DNA of 5,266 nucleotides from a virus (Duplodnaviria; Heunggongvirae; Uroviricota; Caudoviricetes): IMG/VR virus record IMGVR_UViG_2671180651_000012, positions 1 to 5,266 of that record; one strand, 5' to 3'. Shown piece by piece: positions 5,225 to 5,266 of this stretch (position 1 is its first letter; each line of letters starts with the position of its first letter). The notes under the pieces were generated by a model. It saw only the letters and a program-made list of their open reading frames with translations, ran no database searches and was not told where the DNA came from. The position numbers and the translations under genes were made by a program.

Positions 5225-5266
5225 GTGATAATAGCCATATCGAATCGCTTCCGGCAACTCGTGAGT

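Noticed and set aside
1-5266. CRISPR arrays, IS elements or terminal inverted repeats, integrase or att sites
   Set aside because: No regularly spaced direct repeats, no transposase-like ORF and no integrase within the window; the prophage ends are evidently outside it.

Overview
This window reads as the immunity and early-left region of a Rac-like lambdoid prophage in an enterobacterial (E. coli-type) genome. Right side: a divergent immunity switch with a leftward short HTH repressor gene (4014-4433, -), an operator/promoter region carrying palindromic TACC-N4-GGTA sites (4427-4510, with a second pair at 3934-3972), a rightward Cro-like YdaS-family gene (4534-4815) and an overlapping YdaT-family gene (4799-5224). 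Left side: the 5' part of a RecE-family exonuclease gene on the minus strand (1-2064; the gene runs past position 1 and is missing from the ORF track because it has no stop in the window). Between them lies an accessory block (2157-3744): small ORFs of unknown function on the minus strand (2157-2345, 2342-2530, 3098-3316), a plus-strand zinc-ribbon ORF (3409-3609) with its own terminator-like hairpin, and a ~460 bp GC-rich segment (2636-3097) with no credible ORF on either strand but dense in hairpins and carrying a 10-nt direct repeat. No rRNA, tRNA, CRISPR array or IS element was seen. The best candidates for undescribed biology are the structured non-coding segment, the small accessory ORFs, and the RecE variant whose in-window C-terminal end begins a DnaQ-like fold with D-x-K where D-x-E is expected. 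All homology statements are from reading translations by eye and from memory; no search or alignment was run.
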